Positions 38,794-48,240 of a DNA stretch of 64,000 bases are shown here, one piece after another (the stretch's first letter is position 1; every line of letters starts with the position of its first letter). The stretch comes from Longimicrobiales bacterium (lineage in GTDB: Bacteria; Gemmatimonadota; Gemmatimonadetes; Longimicrobiales; Gaopeijiaceae), in the NCBI GenBank assembly GCA_041690395.1, contig JAWLHJ010000006.1, positions 305,651-369,650 of the forward strand, in the 5' to 3' direction. Below the pieces are notes generated by a model. That model searched no databases. It had not been told where the DNA came from and worked only from the letters and a program-made list of their open reading frames with translations. The position numbers and the translations under genes were made by a program.

Positions 38794-41157
38794 ATGAAGA
38801 GGACGGGACGTTGTCTGTTGCTCGCGCTGGCTGCGGTCTGGGCCGCACCGGTAGGCGCGCAGTCGTTTGGGAACTCGGTCACGGTCGGCGACGGCGAGGT
38901 GTTCGTCGGTGAGCCCACGCACGAGATGCGTCCGGGGCTGCTCTACGTCTTCCGTCCGGACGCGTCCGGCGAGTGGACGCAAGCGCAGCGCCTCGAGGCG
39001 TCGGACGGCACGCCCGGCGACCGCTTCGGCATCCGCTCGTTCATCCACGGTGACGAGCTCTACGTGTCCGCCACGCGCATCGACGGGGGCACCGGCGCCG
39101 TCTATCAGTTCCGGAAGAACGGGAACGACTGGGTCGAGGCCGGCCGGCTCGTGACCGACGACCGCTCGCCCGCCGACAGCCTCGGCAGCGGACTCGCCGT
39201 CCAGGACGACTGGGCCATGGTCGGCACCATCGGGCAGAACGGTGGCCGCGGGGCGGTCTACGCGTTCCGCCGTGACGGCGACGGTTGGGCGCAGCACTCG
39301 AAGATCGCGCCGAGCGACCTCCAGGCCGCCGCCCGCTTCGGGAGCACGGTCGCTCTGTACGACGACTGGGCGCTCGTGGGCGCCCCGGCCAGCGCCGACC
39401 AGCAGGGCGCCGTCTATGCGTTCCGCTACAACGCCGCGAACGACAGCTGGCAGGCCCGCGGACGCCTCCAGGCGCCGGGCCTCCAGGCCCAGACCGCCAT
39501 GGGGAGCGACATCGCGCTCCACGACGGCGTCGCCCTCGTCACCGCGCCGGGCTTCCTCCAGGGGATGGGCACGGTATTCGCCTACCAGCTCACCGACGAC
39601 GCCTGGGAGCTGACGGCCATGCTGTCGCCGTTCCAGATGGAGCCGGGCGGCCAGTTCGGCTCGTCGCTGAGCTTCGACGGCACGACGGCGTTCATCGGGT
39701 CGCCGGGCGCGTCGTCCGGCGAGGGCCGGGTGTACGCCTTCCAGCGTGGAGACGACGGCGACTGGTCGGTCGCGCGCCGTGTCGGCACCGAGGGGCTCAC
39801 CTCCCAGGACTTCTTCGCGGCGACGGTCGACATGTCGGGTGACGTGGCGGTCGCCGCTTCGCTCGGCGAGGACTACGGAGCCGGCGCGGCCTATGTGCTC
39901 GAGCGCTCGGGCGACGCCTGGCAGACGGCGAGCCGCATCACGGGCGAAGTGATCGGCATGGCTGCCGTCACCGGTGACGAGGTGCAGTGCTCCGAGGACG
40001 GCGATGCCGTCGGCTTCGAATGCTCGTCGGTCGACCTGGTGTCGTTCCTCCCGCTCGGCGAGATGGGGGCGAACCGCGGCGTGCGCGCGAACGACGTCTG
40101 GGGATGGACGGACCCCGAGACGGGGCGCGAGGTCGCCCTCGTGGGCATGACCGACCAGACCGTCTTCGTCGACGTCAGCAACCCGGGCAACCCGGTCTAC
40201 CTCGGCCGTCTGCCGAAGACCGAGGAGGCCAACGGCTCGACCTGGCGTGACATGAAGGTCTACTCGGATCACATGTACGTCGTGTCCGACGGCGCGGGAC
40301 CGCACGGCATGCAGGTCTTCGACCTCACGCGGCTCCGGGGGCTCGACGGTTCCGACCCGCAGACGTTCGAGGTCGACGCGCTCTACGACCGCATCAACAG
40401 CGCGCACAACATCGTGATCAACGAGGAGACCGGCTTCGCCTACGCGGTCGGCGCGAGCGCCGGCGGCGAGACGTGCGGCGGCGGCCTTCACATGATCGAC
40501 ATCCGGAGCCCGAAGGAGCCGACGTTCGCCGGCTGCTTCCAGGACACCTCGACCGGCCGTCAGCGGACCGGCTACTCGCACGACGCCCAGTGCGTGGTCT
40601 ACCGCGGTCCCGACGAGGACCATCAGGGCAAGGAGATCTGCTTCGGCTCGAACGAGACCGCGCTCTCCATCGCCGACGTCAGCGACAAGGCGAACCCGGT
40701 GGCGCTCTCGACCGCCACCTACCCGAACGTCGCCTACTCCCACCAGGGATGGGTCTCGGAGGACCACGCCTGGTTCTTCATGAACGACGAGCTCGACGAG
40801 ACCGGCGGCGGCGTTCCGAACACCCGGACGCTGGTGTGGGACATCTCGGACCTGGACGACCCGATCCTCGCGAACGAGTACTTCCACGAGACCCGGGCCA
40901 TCGACCATAACCTGTACGTGCTCGGGAACACGATGTACCAGTCGAACTACACGAGCGGCCTCCGGGTCCTCGACGTGTCCGACCCGGCGAACCCGCAGCC
41001 CGTGGGCCACTTCGACACCGTCCCTTACGGGGGTGACCAGGCCGAGTTCAACGGCTCCTGGTCGAACTACCCCTACTTCGAGAGCGGCGTCGTCATCGTC
41101 ACGAGCCAGCGGGAGGGCCTCTTCCTGGTCCGGTACCGCCCGCGCTCGGTGTCCTGA
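38794..41157 (+). CDS. Exported FG-GAP repeat + choice-of-anchor B (LVIVD-like) protein
   Basis: Signal peptide; FG…VGAP…GAVY repeats; NDVWGWTDPETGRE, WRDMK, SAHNI, YSHQGW, IDHN, WSNYPYF. Confidence 0.85.
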   Translation: MKRTGRCLLLALAAVWAAPVGAQSFGNSVTVGDGEVFVGEPTHEMRPGLLYVFRPDASGEWTQAQRLEASDGTPGDRFGIRSFIHGDELYVSATRIDGGTGAVYQFRKNGNDWVEAGRLVTDDRSPADSLGSGLAVQDDWAMVGTIGQNGGRGAVYAFRRDGDGWAQHSKIAPSDLQAAARFGSTVALYDDWALVGAPASADQQGAVYAFRYNAANDSWQARGRLQAPGLQAQTAMGSDIALHDGVALVTAPGFLQGMGTVFAYQLTDDAWELTAMLSPFQMEPGGQFGSSLSFDGTTAFIGSPGASSGEGRVYAFQRGDDGDWSVARRVGTEGLTSQDFFAATVDMSGDVAVAASLGEDYGAGAAYVLERSGDAWQTASRITGEVIGMAAVTGDEVQCSEDGDAVGFECSSVDLVSFLPLGEMGANRGVRANDVWGWTDPETGREVALVGMTDQTVFVDVSNPGNPVYLGRLPKTEEANGSTWRDMKVYSDHMYVVSDGAGPHGMQVFDLTRLRGLDGSDPQTFEVDALYDRINSAHNIVINEETGFAYAVGASAGGETCGGGLHMIDIRSPKEPTFAGCFQDTSTGRQRTGYSHDAQCVVYRGPDEDHQGKEICFGSNETALSIADVSDKANPVALSTATYPNVAYSHQGWVSEDHAWFFMNDELDETGGGVPNTRTLVWDISDLDDPILANEYFHETRAIDHNLYVLGNTMYQSNYTSGLRVLDVSDPANPQPVGHFDTVPYGGDQAEFNGSWSNYPYFESGVVIVTSQREGLFLVRYRPRSVS

Positions 41158-41162
41158 CGAGG

Positions 41163-43043
41163 ATGGCGGAGCCAGTGCGTAGCACGCAGGACACGCACAG
41201 GAGGATGAGGGGGGGAGCGTCGCCGTTCGCGGCGGCGCTCCTTTCGTCGCTCGTGCTCCTTGCGGGATGCGCGGGTGGCGCCGGCGAGACGGCCGGGCCG
41301 AGTCCGGCCTCCGGGTCGGAAGGCGGCTTCACGTACGACGTGGCTCCGTTCACCGTCGTCGGCGAGGACGGGACCCCGTATGAGCACCCGTTCCTCGGGG
41401 GATACAACCTCCCCCGACCCCAGCTCGTGGACATCGACGGGGACGGAGACCTGGACCTCTTCGTGCAGGAGGAGTCGGGCAAGGTCGTGTTCTTCGAGCA
41501 CGTCCATGACGGGCAGCCGCGCTTCCAGTGGCGCACGAACGAGTACCGCGGCCTCGACATCGGCGAATGGTTCCGGTTCGTCGACTTCGACGGGGACAGC
41601 GTTCCCGACCTGCTCGCGGAGCGCCCCTACAGCTACGTGCGGTACTACCGGAACGTCGGTACCGCCGCCGAGCCCCGCTTCGAGGCGGGCGCGGACAGCC
41701 TGCGGGACGCCTCGGGCACGGCGATCTTCTCGGATCGGCAGAACATCCCGAACGCCATCGACATCGACTGCAACGGGCGCATCGACCTCATGGTCGGACG
41801 GTTGACCGGGACCATCACGCGGTATCAGGAGATCGCGATGGGCGAGGACGGAGCCCCGCGCTTCGAGCTCGTGACCGACCGGTTCGAGGACATCGAGATC
41901 GTCGCGCAGTTCGGGAGCATGCATGGCGCGAACACCATGGCGTTCGGGGACATCGACGGCGACGGCGACAACGACCTCTTCTGGGGAGACTTCTTCGAGG
42001 CGGGTATCCTGCTTCTGGAGAACACCGGGACCTGCCAGTCCCCGTCGTACCGGAGCACGCCCCGGCCCTTCCCGCTCGACGATCCGCTCCTCACCAGCGG
42101 CTACAACGCGCCTACGGTCGGCGACGTGGACGGAGACGGGCTCCCGGACCTGGTCGTGGGGGTGCTCGGCGGCGCGTTCAACCCCAACTCGACCAGCATC
42201 GACAACCTGCACTATCTCCGGCAGCGCCCGGACGGCACGTTCGACCACGTCACCTCGCGCCTCGTCTCGATGATCGACGTCGGCAGCGAGAGCATGCCGG
42301 TGCTCATCGACATCGACGGAGACGGAGACCTGGACCTCCTGATCGGCAACAAGATCGACCAGGACGACACTCAGAACGGGAGCCTCACGGTCTACCTGAA
42401 CGAGGGGACCCCGACGAACCCGAGCTTCCGCCATTTCGGCCGCCTCGATGTGGGCGGTGGCTACCACCCATCCCCGGCCTTCGGGGACCTGAACGGCGAC
42501 GGGCTACCGGACGTCGTGCTGGGCACCTGGTCGGACGAGCTCCGGCTCCTCCTCAACGACGGCACCGACCCGCTGACGCTGACGGTGACCGATTCCGTCA
42601 TCGCACGGATCCCGAGGGGCCGCAACACGACCCCGACGCTGGGCGACCTCGACGGCGACGGCGACCTCGACCTCCTCGTGGGCGAGAGCTCGGGGACCAT
42701 CAATTACTTCGAGAATGTCGGCACGCCCCTGACTCCCGAGTTCGAGCTCGTGACCGAGAACTTCGCGGACATCGAGGTGGGCCGCCGGAGCGTGCCTCTG
42801 CTGCACGACCTGGACGGGGACGGGCTGCTCGACCTGCTGGTCGGGTCCGAAGAGGACGGCGTGCTCGTCTTCCGGAATGTCGGAACCCGAACCGAACCCG
42901 AGTTCGTCCCCGACGGATCGCTACCGGTACCGATCCACGGCCTGGCGGCGCCGGCGCTGGGCGACGTCGACGGCGACGGCGTGGACGACCTGATGCTCGG
43001 GGGGATCGGCGGCGGCTTGCTGTTCTACCGGGGAGGGCGGTGA
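41163..43043 (+). CDS. FG-GAP/VCBS repeat lipoprotein
   Basis: Lipobox LAGC; about ten D-x-D-G-D-G-x-x-D-L repeats; alternative start at 41205. Confidence 0.85.
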   Translation: MAEPVRSTQDTHRRMRGGASPFAAALLSSLVLLAGCAGGAGETAGPSPASGSEGGFTYDVAPFTVVGEDGTPYEHPFLGGYNLPRPQLVDIDGDGDLDLFVQEESGKVVFFEHVHDGQPRFQWRTNEYRGLDIGEWFRFVDFDGDSVPDLLAERPYSYVRYYRNVGTAAEPRFEAGADSLRDASGTAIFSDRQNIPNAIDIDCNGRIDLMVGRLTGTITRYQEIAMGEDGAPRFELVTDRFEDIEIVAQFGSMHGANTMAFGDIDGDGDNDLFWGDFFEAGILLLENTGTCQSPSYRSTPRPFPLDDPLLTSGYNAPTVGDVDGDGLPDLVVGVLGGAFNPNSTSIDNLHYLRQRPDGTFDHVTSRLVSMIDVGSESMPVLIDIDGDGDLDLLIGNKIDQDDTQNGSLTVYLNEGTPTNPSFRHFGRLDVGGGYHPSPAFGDLNGDGLPDVVLGTWSDELRLLLNDGTDPLTLTVTDSVIARIPRGRNTTPTLGDLDGDGDLDLLVGESSGTINYFENVGTPLTPEFELVTENFADIEVGRRSVPLLHDLDGDGLLDLLVGSEEDGVLVFRNVGTRTEPEFVPDGSLPVPIHGLAAPALGDVDGDGVDDLMLGGIGGGLLFYRGGR

Positions 43044-43993
43044 CCTCCGGGTCCGCCCCCACGTCGCTCCCGCCTCCCGCTTCCCCGTCCATCGGCTTCG
43101 TCGACGCGGGGCGGCTCGGCGCCAGCCTCGCCAAAGCGCTCGGGCGAGCCGGCTTCCCGGTCGTCGCGGTGAGCAAGCGCGATCGCGCGGCCGCCGTCTC
43201 GCTGGCCGCTCGGATCGGTGGGGCCGGGCTCGGCGCCGACACACCCGGTACCGACACGCTCGGTACGGACGACCCGGCGGAAGTCGTGGGCGCGGCCGAC
43301 GTCGTCTTCCTCACCTGCGTCGACGACCGGATCGGCGAGCTCGCCCGCACGCTCCCCTTCCGCCGGGACCAGGTGGTGCTGCACTGCTCGGGGGCGACCC
43401 CCGTCTCCGTGCTGGACCCCGCCACCGAAGCCGGCGCCGTCACCGGCGGCTTCCACCCGCTCCAGACCTTCCCGGACGGGAACGCGGAGGATCGCTTCCG
43501 CGGCGTGACGTTCGGTGTCGAGTCCGACGACGCGAGCCTCCTCGCGTGGCTCGAAAACCTGGCCGCCCGGCTCGGCGGGACGTCGGTCCGGCTCGACGCG
43601 GCGTCGCGGCCCCTCTACCACGCATCCGCCGTCATGGTGGGGCCGCTCACGAGCGCGCTGGCCGGACTCGCTGGAGAGTTGTGGCAGGCGCTGGGCGTGG
43701 ACCGTGAGACCGGTGTGCGCGCTCTCGCCCCGCTTCTCGAGGCGACGGCGCGGCACGTGGGCGAGCACGGGATACCGGCCGCGCTGACGGGTCCCTACGC
43801 CCGGGGCGACGTGGGACCGGTTCGGTCCCATGTCGAGGCGCTGGGGTCCTTTCGTCCGGAAACGCTGCGTGCGTACGCCGCGCTGGCCCTCGCGCAGCTT
43901 CCTATCGCGGCGGAGCGTGGCAACATTCCTGAAGATCGGATGCGCGAGCTCCGCACGCTCCTCGAAGAAGCGCTCGCCGCAACCCGGTCCTGA
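43040..43993 (+). CDS. panG: Rossmann-like / DUF2520 protein, probable PanG-type ketopantoate reductase
   Basis: IGFVDAGRLG, HCSGA, FHPLQTF, LYHA, LTGP..RGD; immediately upstream of panB-panC. Confidence 0.7.
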   Translation: MTSGSAPTSLPPPASPSIGFVDAGRLGASLAKALGRAGFPVVAVSKRDRAAAVSLAARIGGAGLGADTPGTDTLGTDDPAEVVGAADVVFLTCVDDRIGELARTLPFRRDQVVLHCSGATPVSVLDPATEAGAVTGGFHPLQTFPDGNAEDRFRGVTFGVESDDASLLAWLENLAARLGGTSVRLDAASRPLYHASAVMVGPLTSALAGLAGELWQALGVDRETGVRALAPLLEATARHVGEHGIPAALTGPYARGDVGPVRSHVEALGSFRPETLRAYAALALAQLPIAAERGNIPEDRMRELRTLLEEALAATRS

Positions 43994-44044
43994 CGACGGC
44001 CCCGAGCGGGGCCCCGGTCGCGAATCCCCACAGGGAAAATCGAT

Positions 44045-44902
44045 TTGTCCCCCCAACGAACCACGCTCCGCGACGTACGACGGCTCCTCGATTCGGGCAC
44101 CCCGATTCCGATGGTGACGGCCTACGACTATACCTCGGCGCTCCTCGCGGACCGCGCGGGCATCCCGATGATCCTGGTCGGCGACAGCATGGCGCAGACG
44201 ATGCTCGGCTTCGAGGACACGCTGCCCGTCACCGTCGACGACATGGTGCGGCACACGGCCGCGGTGGTCCGTGGCACCGAGAAGGCGTTCGTCGTGGCGG
44301 ACATGCCCTTCATGAGCTATCAAGCGAGCACCGCGGACGCGCTGAGGAACGCCGGTCGGTTGCTGAAGGAGGGCGGCGCCCAGGCCGTGAAGCTCGAAGG
44401 CGGCGGCGCCGCCGCGATCGAGACGGTACGGGCTCTGGTCGACGCAGGCGTCGCGGCGATGGGACATCTCGGACTCACACCGCAGTCGGTCCATCAGCTC
44501 GGCGGTTACGGCGTCCAGGGGAAGACGTCGGCGGCTGCGAGCGCGCTGATCGACGCCGCCATGGAGCTCGAGAAGGCGGGCGCGTTCGCGCTCGTGCTCG
44601 AGCTCGTGCCCGCGGAGCTCGCGAGGGAGGTATCCGAGCGACTCACCATTCCCACCATCGGGATCGGCGCCGGCGCGGGCTGCGACGGCCAGGTTCAGGT
44701 ATGGCACGACCTCCTCGGCCTGTCCGTGGACTTCACCCCCCGACACGCGGCCAAATACGCGGAAGTCGGCGCCACCGTGCTCGACGCGCTGCGCCGTTGG
44801 GCGGACGACGTCCGCGCCCGGCGCTTTCCGACGGACGCCGAGACCTCGCACCTGAAAGAGCCCCTGGATCTCGGGTCGAAGACCCTCACGCCGCCCGACT
44901 GA
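44045..44902 (+). CDS. panB: 3-methyl-2-oxobutanoate hydroxymethyltransferase
   Basis: TAYDY, LVGDS, ADMPF, VKLEGG, GHLGLTPQ, IGIGAG, DGQVQV. Confidence 0.96.
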   Translation: MSPQRTTLRDVRRLLDSGTPIPMVTAYDYTSALLADRAGIPMILVGDSMAQTMLGFEDTLPVTVDDMVRHTAAVVRGTEKAFVVADMPFMSYQASTADALRNAGRLLKEGGAQAVKLEGGGAAAIETVRALVDAGVAAMGHLGLTPQSVHQLGGYGVQGKTSAAASALIDAAMELEKAGAFALVLELVPAELAREVSERLTIPTIGIGAGAGCDGQVQVWHDLLGLSVDFTPRHAAKYAEVGATVLDALRRWADDVRARRFPTDAETSHLKEPLDLGSKTLTPPD

Positions 44903-44903
44903 C

Positions 44904-45737
44904 ATGCGCTTCGTCACCACGGTCGACGAGATGCGACGGGCCCGAGCCGAGCTCCCCGGACCCGTGGCCATGATGGCCACCCTCGGCGGCATGCACGCGG
45001 GCCACGAGGCACTCCTGGAGCGGGCCGGCGTCGAAGGGGACTCGGTCGTCGCGTCGCTCTTCCTCAACCCCACGCAGTTCGACGATCCGTCCGACCTCGA
45101 GCGGTATCCCGCGGACCGTGCAGCGGACCTGGAGATCTTCGCCCGGCACGGCGTCGACGTCGTGTTCGCTCCGACGGTCGAGGAGATGTATCCGGACGGC
45201 GCGTCGACGACGGTCGACCCGGGACCGATCGCCACCGTCCTCGAAGGGGCGCATCGCGCGGGGCACTTCAAGGGCGTGGCGACGGTCGTCACCAAGATCC
45301 TCACCGTCATACGCCCGGACGTCGCCGTGTGGGGCGCCAAGGACGCGCAGCAGAACGTCGTCATCCGGCGCGTCGCGCTCGACCTGAGAATGTCCGTGCG
45401 ACACGTCGTAGTTCCGACCGTGAGGGCTCCCGACGGCCTGGCCCTCAGCTCCAGGAACCGCCACCTGTCGGACACCGAGCGGGCCCAGGCCACGTGGCTG
45501 TATGAAGGGCTGTGTCGGGCGGTCGCGCTGTGGGAAGAGGGTGAGCGGAAGGCGGACGCGCTGAGAGAAATCGTGGAAGAGACGCTGGCACGGCGCGACC
45601 GCGTCGCGGTGGAGTACGTGAGCCTCGCGGACCCGGACAGTCTCGCCGAGCTCGAGGAGGGCCGTCCGGGTGCCCTCTTGAGCCTCGCCGCCCGAGTCGG
45701 AGGGACCCGCCTCATCGACAATGTCACGCTGCCGTAA
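44904..45737 (+). CDS. panC: Pantoate--beta-alanine ligase
   Basis: HAGH, FLNPTQF, HFKGV, GAKDAQQ, GLALSSRN, RLIDN. Confidence 0.95.
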   Translation: MRFVTTVDEMRRARAELPGPVAMMATLGGMHAGHEALLERAGVEGDSVVASLFLNPTQFDDPSDLERYPADRAADLEIFARHGVDVVFAPTVEEMYPDGASTTVDPGPIATVLEGAHRAGHFKGVATVVTKILTVIRPDVAVWGAKDAQQNVVIRRVALDLRMSVRHVVVPTVRAPDGLALSSRNRHLSDTERAQATWLYEGLCRAVALWEEGERKADALREIVEETLARRDRVAVEYVSLADPDSLAELEEGRPGALLSLAARVGGTRLIDNVTLP

Positions 45738-45889
45738 CGGGTCCGTGCCAATGTGACCCGCACGCTTTGCGACGAGTGGTCCTCGGGCCCTCGGAGCCAG
45801 GGAGCTTTGCCACGCGAGGCGGCGCGGGATATCATGAAGCCATCGAACAGTTCGCGAGCGCGCATCCCCCCCCTCGAAGTGCGGCCGCA

Positions 45890-47128
45890 GTGACCCCTGA
45901 ATCATTCCTGGCCCTGACGGCCCGGAACCCGAACCCGTCTTTCCTCCTCACGCAGGAGGGCGTCGTGCTGGCGGCCAACGGCAGCGGATCGGCGGTGCTG
46001 GGGTGCACGAGCCTGTGCCGCGGTGAGGGCATCCAGCTGGCTCGATACCTCGAGGGGACGGCCGATGCCTCTTCAGCCGCCGCATTTCCTGAGCTGATGC
46101 GTGCGTGGGCCTCCGCGGGCCTCCCGCTGAGCCGACCCGTTCGCTTCCGCCCGCCCGACGGCCGCGTCGTACAATGCAGAGCCGAAGGGCTCGCCGTCAC
46201 GAGCCCGACCGCCGAGGGGCTTCCCCGCGTGCTCTTGCATCTCGTGCCGGCCGTGGGGAATGGGGCGCTCTCTCCGCACGTGGATCCGCGTGGACAGGCG
46301 TCGCCGCCGACCACGAGGCTGGGCACGTCGGAGGCCACGGACCCGACCGCAGCCGCTCCCCAAGCACTGGCCGCGCCCCCCGCCACTCCCGCCGAGTCCC
46401 CCGCCACGAAGCCGGTCGGCAAGATGGAGGCGATGGGGAACCTGGCCGCGGGGATCGCGCACGACTTCAACAACCTCCTCACCGTCATGAAGGTCGAGGT
46501 CGAGCTGGTCCTCGAGGACGACAGCGTGCCGGCGCTCGCGGTCGACTCCCTGCTTTCCGCGCACGCCGCGATGCTCAGGGCCGAATCGTTGGTCGATGGC
46601 CTCCTGGCGTTCTCACGCCGTCAGCTCGTCCACACCGCCCAGACCGATCTCGGAGGGCTTCTGGAGCAGGCCATCCCGCGGGCTCGGGCGATCCTGGGCG
46701 ACACGGAGCTCGTCGTCGAGCGGACGACCGAACCCCTCCCCCTCCTCGTCGACGCCGAGCAGATGGAGATCGTGCTCCTCGCGCTCGTCCGGAACGCCAT
46801 GGAAGCGTCGGATGACGGGAGCCAGATCGCGATCCGCACACGCCGGGAGACGCTCGACGACACCTTCGTGGAGGAGAACGAGGGATCGCGGCAGGGCGAG
46901 TACGCGGTGCTCGAGGTGGAGGATCACGGCACCGGGATCTCGCCGGATGTGGAGGAGCGCATGTTCGAGCCGTTCTTCACCACCAAGGGCCGGGGATACG
47001 GCCGCGGGCTCGGGCTCGCGCAGGCCTTCGGCATCGTGAAGATGCTCGGAGGCTACCTGAAGGTCGTGACGTCGGTCGGCGAAGGCTCGCGCTTCATCGT
47101 GTACCTGCCCCTGCACGACGACTCCTGA
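45890..47128 (+). CDS. Cytoplasmic sensor histidine kinase (PAS-like, HisKA, HATPase)
   Basis: AHDFNNLL H-box; RNAMEA, DHGTGI, FEPFFTTK, GLGL. Start uncertain. Confidence 0.85.
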   Translation: MTPESFLALTARNPNPSFLLTQEGVVLAANGSGSAVLGCTSLCRGEGIQLARYLEGTADASSAAAFPELMRAWASAGLPLSRPVRFRPPDGRVVQCRAEGLAVTSPTAEGLPRVLLHLVPAVGNGALSPHVDPRGQASPPTTRLGTSEATDPTAAAPQALAAPPATPAESPATKPVGKMEAMGNLAAGIAHDFNNLLTVMKVEVELVLEDDSVPALAVDSLLSAHAAMLRAESLVDGLLAFSRRQLVHTAQTDLGGLLEQAIPRARAILGDTELVVERTTEPLPLLVDAEQMEIVLLALVRNAMEASDDGSQIAIRTRRETLDDTFVEENEGSRQGEYAVLEVEDHGTGISPDVEERMFEPFFTTKGRGYGRGLGLAQAFGIVKMLGGYLKVVTSVGEGSRFIVYLPLHDDS

Positions 47129-47174
47129 CCCACCCTCCGACGCGTGGCCGCCACGCTCCCGGAGGCCCGAACCC

Positions 47175-48023
47175 TCACCCCATGTGCTCGACCAGCAGCT
47201 CGTGGAGCGCCTCGGGGTCGTCCGCGTTGACCCAGTGACCACCGCTCACACGGTGGAGCCGCACCCGTCCCCCGGTCGCTTCGCCGGCCCGCTCCACCCG
47301 CCCGCAGGACGCCTCGTCCAGAACGCTCGACTCCGCCGCCTTGATCACGTGGATAACCGAAGAGCCCGGCGGGCTCTCGACCACCGGCCAGGCATCCGTC
47401 TCGAAGAAGTCACGTAGCAGCGCCTCCATGCCATCGGCGTCGAGCCGCCAGACGAGCTCGTCTCCGCCGCTCGTCGGCACGAGATTGGTCGCCATCCACT
47501 GCGCGACCGGCTTCGGAAAACCGGACTCCTGGACGGCGGCGATGCCCGCCGCGCGGTCCTCGAATGGTCCCGGATTCCGGCGGAGCACCTCCAGCATGGT
47601 CCAGGCACTCCCGTCGGGCTCCCGCTCGGACGGCGTGGAGTCGACCACCCACAACCGTTCCGGAACGGGCACCGGACCCGTCCCTCTCCGGGAGAGTGCG
47701 GCGTCACGCAAGTACACGAGCGCGACCTTGCCGCCGAACGAATGCCCGAGCACCGCGTCGGCCGTGATCCCTGTGTGCTCGACGAGACGCTTCAGATCGT
47801 CGGCGCACGCCTCGAGGGTGTGCGGCGGCGCGAACCCCATCGAGTCCCCGTGGAGCCGGAGGTCGACGAGCATCGCGCCCCACTCCGGACGCGCACGCAC
47901 GAACCGGCGTGCGACCGAGGCCCAGTTGCGGCCCGCGCCGTAGATGCCGTGGAGTACGAACAGCCAGCGCTCGGGCTCGGCGTCGGGAGCGGTGATGCGG
48001 TCGTGCGCGAGGATCGGGGACAT
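47175..48023 (-). CDS. Alpha/beta hydrolase (YbfF/ABHD11-like esterase)
   Basis: LHGIYG, DLRLHG, GHSFGG, GHWV. Confidence 0.88.
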   Translation of the reverse strand: MSPILAHDRITAPDAEPERWLFVLHGIYGAGRNWASVARRFVRARPEWGAMLVDLRLHGDSMGFAPPHTLEACADDLKRLVEHTGITADAVLGHSFGGKVALVYLRDAALSRRGTGPVPVPERLWVVDSTPSEREPDGSAWTMLEVLRRNPGPFEDRAAGIAAVQESGFPKPVAQWMATNLVPTSGGDELVWRLDADGMEALLRDFFETDAWPVVESPPGSSVIHVIKAAESSVLDEASCGRVERAGEATGGRVRLHRVSGGHWVNADDPEALHELLVEHMG

Positions 48024-48240
48024 GCGGCTCGTGAGCGGGGGACGGCCCGGCGGCCGACCGGTTCGGCCCGGGCGCCCGCAAGGTGCCTGAACCGAACCGG
48101 CGAATCAATCGGGCCGCACCGGCGGGCGTCGAATCGGAGCCGCCGGACTCCTCCACGTGGCGGACGAGTCGCCGCTACTGCGTTCTAAGGGGTACACCGC
48201 GCCCCGTGGGGACACACGTCCGAACACCGGCTCACCGATC

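Noticed and set aside
38386..45865. Long antisense or alternate-frame ORFs (38386-41010, 43025-45865, most of 41528-43993)
   Set aside because: They overlap well-supported genes and have Arg/Gly/Pro-rich shadow composition typical of high-GC DNA; the same applies to most other ORF-track entries.
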